Shown one piece after another: positions 53,822-64,000 of a DNA stretch of 64,000 bases; the first letter of the stretch is position 1; each line of letters begins with the position of its first letter. Below the pieces are notes generated by a model. The model did no database searches. It was not told the origin of the DNA and saw nothing but the letters and a program-made list of their open reading frames with translations. The translations under genes were made by a program, and so were the position numbers. The stretch is from Eledone cirrhosa (lineage: Eukaryota). The DNA is taken from assembly GCA_964016885.1 (NCBI GenBank), contig OZ024740.1:113088001-113152000 (forward strand). Reading direction: 5' to 3'.

Positions 53822-54748
53822 CAGGGTCCCTAAACATGTATACACCATTCTAATATATATATTGCCTGTACAGATAATCAAAGTGTGTATACATTTTTCG
53901 GGGACACCATATATATATATATATATACCGGGGTCCCTAAAAATGCATACACCATTCTAATATATATATTGCCTGTACAGGTAATCAAAGTGTGTATACG
54001 TTTTTCCGGGACACCATATATATATATATATACCGGTGTCCCTAAAAATGTATACACCACTCTAATATATATATTGCCTGTACAGTTAATCAAAGTGTGT
54101 ATACATTTTTCGGGGACACCATATATATATATATATACCGGGGTCCCTAAAAATGTATACACCATTTTAAGATATATATTGCCTGTACAGGTAATCAAAG
54201 TGTGTATACATTTTTCGGGGACACCATATATTTATATATATATACCGGGGTCCCTAAAAATGTATACATCATTCTAATATATATATTGCCTGTACAGGTA
54301 ATCAAAGTGTGTATACATTTTTCGGGGACACCATATATATATACCGGGGTCCCTAAAAATGTATACACCATTCTAATATATATAGTGCCTGTACAGGTAA
54401 TCAAAGTGTGTATACTTTTTTCGGGGAAACCATATATATATATATATATATATGGGTCCTGAAAAATGTATACGCCATTCTAATATATATATTGTCTGTA
54501 CAGGTAATCAAAGTGTGTATACATTTTTCGGGGACACCATATATTTATATATATATACCGGGGTCCCTAAAAATGTATACATCATTCTAATATATATATT
54601 GCCTGTACAAATAATCAAAGTGTGTATACATTTTTCGGGGACACCATATTTATATATATACCGGGGTCCTTAAAAATGTATACACCATTCTAATATATAT
54701 ATATTGTCTGTACAGGTAATCAAAGTGTGTATACATTTTTCGGGGACA

Positions 54749-54791
<43 letters not shown>

Positions 54792-55079
54792 GGGGTCCCT
54801 AAAAATGTATAGATCATTCTAATATATATATTGCCTGTACAGGTAATCAAAGTGTGTATACATTTTTCGGGGAAACCATATATATATATACCTGGGTCCT
54901 GATAAATGTATACACCATTCTAATATATATATTGCCTGTACAGGTAATCAAAGTGTGTATACGTTTTTCCGGGACACCATATATATATATATACCGGGGG
55001 TCCCTAAAATGTATACACCATTCTAATATATATATTGCCTGCACAGATAATCAAAGTGTGTATACATTTTTCGGGGACA

Positions 55080-55124
<45 letters not shown>

Positions 55125-55313
55125 GGGGTCCCTAAAAATGTATACACCATTCTAATATATATATTGCCTGTACAGGTAATCAAAGTGTGTATACGTTTCT
55201 CCGGGACACCATATATATATATATACCGGTGTCCCTAAAAATGTATACAGCATTCTAATATATATATTGCCTTTACAGGTAATCAAAGTGTGTATACATT
55301 TTTCGGGGACACC

Positions 55314-55344
<31 letters not shown>

Positions 55345-55655
55345 CCGGGGTCTCTAAAAATGTATACACCATTCTAATATATTTATTGCCTGTACATATA
55401 ATGAAAGTGTGTATACATTTTTCGGGGACAACATATATATATATATATATATACCGGGGTCCCTCAAAATGTATACACCATTCTAATATATATATTGCCT
55501 GTACAGGTAATCAAAGTGTGTATACATTTTTCCGGGACACCATATATATATATATATATACCGGGGTCCCTAAAAATGTATACACCATTTTAATATATAT
55601 ATTGCCTGTAGAGGTAATCAAAGTGTGTATACATTTTTGGGGAGACAACCTGTAT
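52016..55655. repeat. Tandem array of ~33 Tc1/mariner-type MITE units separated by variable (TA)n
   Basis: Unit ~88 bp: CCGGGGTCCCTAAAAATGTATACAC...GTGTATACATTTTTCGGGGACACCA, imperfect TIRs, TA-flanked. Confidence 0.88.
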
Positions 55656-55669
55656 ATACACAAATATGA

Positions 55670-55699
<30 letters not shown>

Positions 55700-55700
<1 letters not shown>

Positions 55701-56350
55701 CATAGGAGGTCAAATCCTATGTGGGTATGGCGGAGGGCCGATTTAAGGAACGCTTCCTGAACCACCAGTCGACCTTTAGGTACCCGGAAAGACGTTCCAC
55801 CACGAAACTTGCGAGCCACGTATGGTCCCTCAAGGACTCAAGTATAGACTACTCCATTCAATGGAAAGCCATCACTAAGTCCAAGCCATACGCAAGGGAA
55901 AATCCGTCGTCTGGACTATGTATTGATGAACGAATAAATATTCTAAAGAGATTATGCAATAGTGATTGCCTAAACACGAGAAATTAATTCTTCACACGTT
56001 GTCCACATGTCTCGAAACACCTCTTACATAACTACAAATCCCCGGATTGAATCACAATAACATCCTAATTTTCTTATCAACTAGAAACTTTTCGGACTTT
56101 CGCAGTTATCTCCCTTACATCTCTCGCACGATTTTTATTATTGCCTCTGAAGTGACGGTTTCTGCGCATGCGCATTCGTACGGTTGTCGTTCCTGTTCCG
56201 TATAACCATGTACATTACGAGCTGAGGATCCGCTATGGTGAAATAATTGTTCTCGGTATGGTGAACTAACTGTTGTGTAACCATTTCTACCTAACTCGTC
56301 CCATGGACTGAGTGCTCTACCACCACAGATATTACCTTCCAGTGTTCTAC

Positions 56351-56355
<5 letters not shown>
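55700..56355 (+). mobile_element. 5'-truncated Penelope-like element (GIY-YIG C-terminus + pLTR)
   Basis: YVGMAEGRFKERFLNH..STTKLASHVWSLK..YSIQWK..LCIDE..LNTRN..CPH parallels 41800-42130; ends in (TA)n. Confidence 0.82.
56213..56260 (+). ncRNA. Type I minimal hammerhead ribozyme
   Basis: Stem I CGAG/CTCG (extendable CAT/ATG); CTGAGGA 56222-56228; stem II CCG/TGG; GAAA 56240-56243; ATAATTGT stem III; GUU site after 56251. Confidence 0.72.
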
Positions 56356-56415
<60 letters not shown>

Positions 56416-56727
56416 TATACATGTACATGTCTGTTTGTGAAAAGGCATGACATTCCAAGCTATAGTAGGTCAGTGAACAGATTAAATGTTTATATACCGC
56501 TCTATAGGTACAACAAATGTATAAGGGTTCTACTACCAATTTTAACAGTGCCTGTTCACGTTGGAATGAAATTAATATGTACAATAGTATCATGCTAATA
56601 GTTACTGCAACTACACCACCGCCACTTTCACTTCCACTACTTTTACCACCAGTAACAACAACAACATTCCCACCATCACCACCTCCACTTCTCACACTAC
56701 TTAACTACCTTCAATCACGAGACCTCT

Positions 56728-56761
56728 AACCACCACCACCACCACCACCACCACCACCACC

Positions 56762-56793
<32 letters not shown>

Positions 56794-57050
56794 GAGCAAC
56801 ATTACAAACAACAATACTAACACTAACTACAGTACCACTAACACCGTCTCCGTCATCCCAACCACCAACAATAACACAAATAACAGCAAGAAAAACAATA
56901 GAAATACCACCAACAGCAGCAACAGCACCACCACCACAATCAATACTCTACTTTTAACCCCAACAGTTACACCAACAGCACCAGCAACAGCATCATCACC
57001 ACTACAGTATACACACTATCATTAACACAAGGAGCACCATCATCATCATC
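56728..57050. repeat. (CAC)n/(CAA)n low-complexity tract
   Basis: Trinucleotide runs. Confidence 0.85.
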
Positions 57051-57399
57051 ATCCCGAACAACAATATTCCAACCAGTCTCAGTGTCTTTTTTAAACTTAG
57101 TAGAACTAACAGTCAAATATAGCTCAAATAAAACCACACCTAAAGAGACGATATATAACGTGTTTTTAGACATTAGCTATCCAATCCATGGACATTTAAC
57201 TTCCGATGGAGGGGTGTCGTCGGGACATACGGTATGTTTTAAACCTATACCTGCCGGAGACTATCCCTCTCTATAGGCCAGAACAGAGCCGATTTTTTCA
57301 GGGGAAAGATATAGAGAAAGGGGAAAGGATGATAAAGAGAGGGCGAGAGGGATGGGAGAGAGGTAAGAAAGAGATATAAAGGAACAATCGAAATCAGTT

Positions 57400-57520
57400 T
57401 TGAACTGGTACTTTATTTATTGACTTCGGCGGGATTTGAATTCAGAGTACAGCAAGCCGGAACAATTACCAGAAGCATTTTATCCGATGTTCCAACAACT
57501 CAGCCAATTCATCGCTTAAA
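57400..57520 (-). mobile_element. Diverged SINE
   Basis: ACTGGTACTTTATTT..CGGCGGGATTTGAATTCAGA..CAGCCAATTCATCGC. Confidence 0.65.
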
Positions 57521-57559
57521 AACATTAAAAGATTCTCTCCTCACACCCGGAATATCATT

Positions 57560-57895
57560 TGATCGGAGGTCTACTTGATCAGGTTCGGGTAGTTTGTTCC
57601 TTACGCAACCGTACTGTCGCGCTTTCGATTCCCGGTTACGCCTTGTGTACGTGAGGAAGACATTTTATTGCGGGTTGCTCCTATGCAATCAGCTGAAAAA
57701 CAATTAAATATACCTGTAATTCAACAGGTCAACGGTATCTCATATTGTGTTACGCCGAGTTTCCCTGGAAACAGAGTTACAAGAGTTACAAGTAACAGTT
57801 GAATGCTCGGCCAGTTGCACGTTAATTTGAGCCGGCTGTTCTGTTTGAACCTCTGGAACTTTCGTCGTCGTAACCGACGTAAGTCCAACACACAT
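57560..57895 (+). mobile_element. Diverged tRNA-derived SINE
   Basis: TTCGATTCCCGG B box, CORE-like GAAGACATTTTATT..GCTCC..CAGCTG and a tail shared with 9185-9325. Confidence 0.55.
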
Positions 57896-58016
57896 ACAAC
57901 CAGGGTAGACCTGCAACTAAACAACAACATTACCACTGATGACACAACACCAGTAGTAGTAGTAGTATAATAGTAGTAGTAGTAGTACTACTACTACTAC
58001 TACTAGTAGTCGTATC

Positions 58017-58063
<47 letters not shown>

Positions 58064-58571
58064 CAACAGCAGCAGCAGCGGCAGTCATAGTAGAAATAGA
58101 AACAACTGCAGAAGAAGAAGAAGAATGATGAGAGGCAACATGAGAAGTAAAGAGATTAGGAAGGAAGTTGATATGAAGAAAGAGGAAGTGAAATAAAAGG
58201 AAACAACAAAATGTAGAAGATATAAAGGCAAGGTAAAATATAAGTAAAACAACTATTTAAAATATGTACTAAAAAGATATATGTAGAGTAGGTTGAAACA
58301 GAACTAGAAGGGAACAAGAAGGAGGTGTGTTGAAGAGTTACAGGAGGAGGTAGTGGATCTGTGTGTGTGTGGCGGGGGAATTAACACTGCAATAACATCG
58401 TCATTATGGTCATCATCATCATCACCACCATCACCTGCAATAACATCATCTGCAACAACAACATCACCAACATTGTTTGATTACAGCAGCTGGGATATGA
58501 GGTAAGACACGAGGGAGAATGAGAATGCGGGTATGTCTGTGAGATATGGTACGGTGATAATTACTCGTATG

Positions 58572-58625
<54 letters not shown>

Positions 58626-58740
58626 TATGTGTGTGTGTGTGAATATATATATGTGTATATATATGTATATGTAATATATATATATATACGCTTATATATA
58701 TACGCATACATACACACGCACATATATATTTATGTATGTG

Positions 58741-58771
<31 letters not shown>

Positions 58772-58832
58772 GTGTGTGTGTCTGTGTGTGTGAGTGTGCA
58801 TGTATATATATTTATGTATGTATCTCTCTCTC

Positions 58833-58891
<59 letters not shown>

Positions 58892-60074
58892 AATTAAAAC
58901 TTACACACATGTATGTAAAGTATAATAATATATCAAGTATAATAAACCATCTTCATAACCGATATTAAGACAGGCAAGGGAACAAAAGTTTGCAACATGC
59001 ACGCAACTAAGCGTGTTAGAAATGATTTCGTCTCACACAGCTTGACTGCCTGTGGTAGGACCTCACCCTCTGTGGGTGGCCCTATCCGTTTCCAGTACAC
59101 TTAACACGGGAATTACACCGCTCATGTATTTCTTCTTGCCAATATAAACAGCTGTGCGCTAGATAATAGCTGTTTTGTCTATTTTCATATAAACGTACAT
59201 TGATAAATATATTTCTTGACGGTATTTAACGATAGTTTGCTTCTGTGTTGAATTATGTTTGGGTCCTTGTAGAAATAATCATTAATATGTATGATATTGT
59301 TCGTCGATGAATAGAAGATGTAATAAGTAATCCACTTTCGTTGTTTGAAGCCAGAAACAAATATTGACAAGTAAAATGGTGACAGACAAAATACTCTCAG
59401 TTAACACGATCATATTCAAAATTGCGACAAGGCAAAATGCTGACAGTGAAATTTACAGCATTTATCTAATAAAAACAATAAATAAAATAATCGCTAACAT
59501 TTTTAGAAGCAAATCCTCGTTGTGCAATGTGACTTGGGGTTTATTCTTCTGCCATAGACACTGCTCCGCAAATTTACGGCGGAGGATATGGTCGGGTAAA
59601 TAGATTCAGTGCTTCACTGGTATTTTATTTTATCGACAACGACTGAGCTGAAACTCAGGACTTAAATGGTCGTAATTAAAACCCACTAGTTATTTTTCAC
59701 GCTACCCTGCATATTATACCTAGCCTTAACCCAATACATTAAATAAAGACCTACGTATTTTGAAAATAAGACAGAGATGAAAAAAAATTAAATTCGACCG
59801 CGGCGCATTCAATCCTCAATGATAAAATATCTTAGATAATTTTACAATATTACGTTGTTCGCCCTCTTTTGCTACCCCGCCGTGAGCTTAACAGAAATAT
59901 AATAAAGGACATTTAAAACAAACGACATTGTTTGAATAGAAATTACGAACACATATAAGCAACTTTAAAACTGAAAAACGACATCACAGAATCAATTAGT
60001 GAACAATATGTTAATAATATTAATTTCCTAATAAATGCACATAAAACGTTTTTTGTAAAAGCTTATGTACCATT

Positions 60075-60228
60075 GCGTTCTGAGTTCAAATCCCACCGAG
60101 GTTAGCTAAGTTTTCTATCATTACTGAGTCGATAAAATAAATACCAGTAATGCACTTGGGTCGATTTAATTGCCCCCCCCCCCAAAAAAAAATAGTTGCA
60201 CGTTAATTAGACTTGTGCCTAAATCATT
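60075..60228 (+). mobile_element. SINE 3' half (main family)
   Basis: CTGAGTTCAAATCCCACCGAGG..GTCGATAAAATAAATACCAG. Confidence 0.7.
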
Positions 60229-60229
60229 A

Positions 60230-60590
60230 TCATTATTTGCTTGCCGCATAGCATTTGTTGCTGGTGATGTAATACAGGAGCTAGTCACCTATGGACCGAG
60301 ATGGTGACTTCAATTGTGAAGCACTGTTCTGAGTATCCCAGCAGTTCCAAGGATTGTTGTTTTCTGTAAGGGCCCTACCATGATGTGGACCCCAACTTTT
60401 ATTAAATAGCTTTCAATTCAGGTGCTCACAGTATGACTGGAACCACATCAACATTTTTCGTTGCCCAAAAACGTTTTAACTCTTATGTTAGTGGTTTATA
60501 TCGCTTAACCTTCTTCAGTTTTTTCCTCACAAACTTTGATGTTAGTGGGGCAAGCCGCATCCAGAATTAGGTTTATTAACATTGTTGATT
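60230..60590 (-). mobile_element. 3' fragment of an R4/Dong-like (RLE) non-LTR retrotransposon
   Basis: Minus-strand frames give ILDAACP..K..KRY..ELKRFW..VDVVPVI and LQKTTILGTAGILRTVL, the restriction-like endonuclease C-terminus of R4-group elements; not in the ORF track. Confidence 0.7.
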
Positions 60591-60984
60591 ATTATTATTA
60601 TTATTTATTAGGGTCCATTTTGTCTCAGACTGTTGAAGGCACCAATCCAAACGTAACGGGGCTGTGTTAAACTGAGAAGCGAGTATTTAACAATTACATC
60701 AAATTAGAGTGAATTAATTGTATCGCACATGAGTTAACTCTTAATTATATGCAATAAAACCTATGAGCTTTATTTATGAAACAGTGAGTGGTGTTCTATC
60801 GAAGGACATTAAAACAATCCAGATTTACGATGCCGGGGTTATGACGATACTGTATCTCATGGAAATCAATATCATAACCAACGCACTTGCATTCACATAC
60901 TAAACACACACAGGTGTCTGTACAGACATACTTAGACATACTTAGACATACGCACAAATATATATGTATATGTATATATGTCCA

Positions 60985-61056
<72 letters not shown>

Positions 61057-61065
<9 letters not shown>

Positions 61066-61197
61066 AGATCAAAAGATGGTTAAAGGAGTTAACCATCTTT
61101 TGATCTTATATTATGCATACTCCAGTCCCACAAACTGTAGAGTGCTTCTTATCCGATATCTGCATTGCTTTATTGTACTACAATAAAACTCACCTCC

Positions 61198-61202
<5 letters not shown>
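61057..61202 (+). mobile_element. Short fold-back element with tail in (TA)n
   Basis: Perfect arms ATAATATAAGATCAAAAGATGGTTAA / TTAACCATCTTTTGATCTTATATTAT, then an ACTC..GAGTGCT stem. Confidence 0.7.
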
Positions 61203-61236
<34 letters not shown>

Positions 61237-61239
<3 letters not shown>

Positions 61240-61424
61240 TTGTCCCCCTCGCTTTACGCGATTTACTGGTCCCAATAATTCTTTTTAGTTATTGCTCGCA
61301 CCAACCCGAAGTATCTGATTTGTAATGCGATGAAATACCAATGATGGTTGGAAAATCACTGACGAAGGACTATTTTTATCATATGTAACCTATGTGCAAC
61401 CACACAGTATTCTTCTTTCTTCTC

Positions 61425-61430
<6 letters not shown>
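61237..61430 (+). mobile_element. Diverged inverted copy of the 34686/35320 repeat family
   Basis: TTGCTCGCACCAACC..GCGATGAAAT..GGTTGGAA..CACTGACGAAGGAC..CATATGTAACC matches the reverse complement of 35300-35450. Confidence 0.7.
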
Positions 61431-61488
<58 letters not shown>

Positions 61489-61727
61489 CGTATATATATA
61501 TGTGTGTATTTATTTGTAATTACATAATACTCTGGAAAATTGAGTTCTTTCTGACTTGTGGGCTACAACAATTACCACACACACACACACACATACATAT
61601 AGAGATAGATAGATACATAGATAGTTATATAAACATGCATAATCATACAAGACAAGAACTAGAGTGAGAGATTGTTAAATATATAGATGAAAAAAGATAA
61701 GGAGAAAAAACGGCAAAATAGTGAGAT

Positions 61728-61784
<57 letters not shown>

Positions 61785-63005
61785 AGTGTTGAGGCGGAGA
61801 AAGAGGGGAGTGAATAGACAGCTAGATGGTTCTTGATTATTAACTTTCAAGCTTTAAAGGTCATATATCAAACTGCATAGCGATTATTGGATAGCCTCGT
61901 CATACAGCCAGGCAGGCACCATATCCCCTCCTCCTCCTCCTCCTCCTCCTTCTTCTCAGTGAGAATGTAAGGGATCATGTGAACACTATGCAGCAAAAAT
62001 TTGTCGTGATAATCTCAGGAAAATACGAGTATAATAACTGTATAGCTAATGTTGTAAGAGACCAGTTGAAACCAACATGTTATTTACGACCTCACTATCG
62101 TTTCGTTTTTCTCATCGTTTTCACTATTTTTTTCTTCGCCATTTTTTTTCTTTTCGTTTACCAATATCTTTTCATATTTTTTCCCTTTTTTTATTCTTTT
62201 CTATTCTCTTTGTTGTTATTATACTTTATTTTTATTTTTATTTCTAATTTATAATTTATCTACCCAGTTATTTTTTCCTCCTATATTATCTCCCACTATT
62301 TACACGTCATATTTCTTCTCGGGTGTATTTATTTCTATATTTATATATTTCACTTCCATTCTCTTTTATCTCATTTATTTTTTCTATATGTTATTTATTT
62401 TATATCTTCATCTATATCTTTATTCTGAACTATCGTCAGGTTTTTCGTCTTCTCAATACAATTCTGTTTCCTTCTCATTTTGACAATTTTAAAGTTTCAT
62501 GCAATTTTCTTTTATGTTTCACTTTTATCTCAAACTTATCATATACTCTATACTCTTCATTCTCTCTTCTTTCCTTTTCTAAACTCTTTCTATTACTCAT
62601 TCTCTATCTCTCTGTCTCTTTCTTCAACCTAATACTACACTTCTCTCTTCTCATTTAGTAGTCACCGTATCCGACTTTCACAATTTCCATTCTCACTTCT
62701 TATGTGATCATCTACGTCACCCCCACACTGCACATCACATATTTCTCCTTATTTTTCTCCGCTACCTCTCTATTATCTATGTAAGGGACTTCCTCAGACA
62801 TCCCCGCTCGTCTATTCTTATCTCCTCTACAGTTCTCTCGTCCCTTTCAATTGTGTCTATTCTCCTCTTTCCAATCCTTGTCTGTCGACGTTCGTTTTTT
62901 TACTTCTCTGTTTTATAACGCTGTCTTCTTTCCTGCATCCTTGCACTTTCTCTCGCTGTATCTATTCCCCCCCCCATCTCTCTCTCCCCCCCCTCTCTCT
63001 CTCTC

Positions 63006-63120
<115 letters not shown>

Positions 63121-63123
63121 GTT

Positions 63124-63163
<40 letters not shown>

Positions 63164-63930
63164 GTATGTATTCTCTATTTTTCGTAGTTTTATTATTTAT
63201 TCTATTTGTGTTTGCCTCTCTTAAATTTCTTTCTCTCCCTCTACGCACAGATGTTTACATTGTAGAAGAAGGAAGAAGAAAGTCTTGTAAGGTATCTATG
63301 CAGAACAACCAAGTGTCAAGAATTGACTCTCTTAAAAACAGAGCATGCAGTAAAGGTTTTCAAAGTGATCCGTTACATTATAAAAGTGTGACTCAATTGT
63401 GTTTTGTTTCATATAAAACATAAATATAAAATAGAGCCAATAATAGTGAATGCGTGATAAGGCAGGGAATTAACAGAATTGTTAAAGCGTCGGTATTTTT
63501 CCGGATCTTTATGTTCTGACTTCAAATCTTTCTATGTTAGCCTTCCGTAGTCAATAAAATAAGATACCAGCCAAATACTGGTGAAAATGTAATCGACCCC
63601 CGATATTTGCCATCATAGAATAAGCTAGCATGACACAATAAGGTACATAACTCCTCAAAAGAAAGGAAATGAGCAGTTTGTTATCTAATACCAACGAATT
63701 TTGATACTATCTGCCTGTTGCAACTCCTGGCAGAAGGAGACGAGATTTGAACTCAGAGGACCCAAGGCCGGAGTAGATAGCGCAAAGCACCACGTTTGAT
63801 TCTTAAACAATTCCGCCAAATTATCGCCACTCTTAGGCTGGTACATCTTTTAATGACTCTGGAAGGATATTAAGCAAAGTTGATCTCAATTGTACACAGT
63901 AGTATTCGGTTCACGCTTGGTAAAAGTGGA

Positions 63931-63975
63931 GGTTGTTTGAACGTTTCGGACTTAAGTCCTTCATCAGAAAAATTG
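63931..63975 (-). ncRNA. Minimal hammerhead-like motif at the window edge
   Basis: Minus strand TTTTT-CTGATGA-A-GGAC-TTAA-GTCC-GAAA-CGTTC-AAA; stem I is weak. Confidence 0.55.
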
Positions 63976-64000
63976 AGGAGAACTCCGAGAGGGAGTAAGG

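Noticed and set aside
52016-55655. CRISPR-like repeat-spacer array
   Set aside because: Spacers are only (TA)n, the repeats are TIR-bearing MITE units, there are no cas genes, and the context is eukaryotic.

Overview
AT-rich, microsatellite-saturated animal DNA. The repeat content looks like an octopus/cephalopod genome, but that is an inference. No host gene can be called with confidence, and nearly all ORF-track entries are microsatellite artefacts. The window is a graveyard of transposons: a 5'-truncated RTE LINE with C2H2 zinc fingers plus four copies of a short bipartite non-autonomous derivative; a near full-length Tx1/L1-type LINE and a second 3' fragment; CRE-like and R4/Dong-like 3' fragments; many tRNA-derived SINEs; a decayed autonomous Helitron with STPR-like repeats and two non-autonomous Helitrons; a ~33-unit tandem array of Tc1/mariner-type MITEs; and a 24-bp minisatellite grown inside a SINE. 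The most striking feature is at ~36.0-43.4 kb, a run of seven sequence-unrelated fold-back elements inserted back to back in (TA)n tracts and ending in a full-length Penelope-like (RT + GIY-YIG) element. Most carry a minimal type I hammerhead ribozyme fold (CUGANGA-stem II-GAAA-short palindromic stem III-UH). One has a retrozyme-like 543-nt ribozyme-to-ribozyme unit, and several share an RCTC...GAGYRCT stem just beyond the point where the inverted arm stops. Further hammerhead folds occur at 56.2 kb and 63.95 kb. Coordinates were read by eye; element boundaries are approximate to a few bases.
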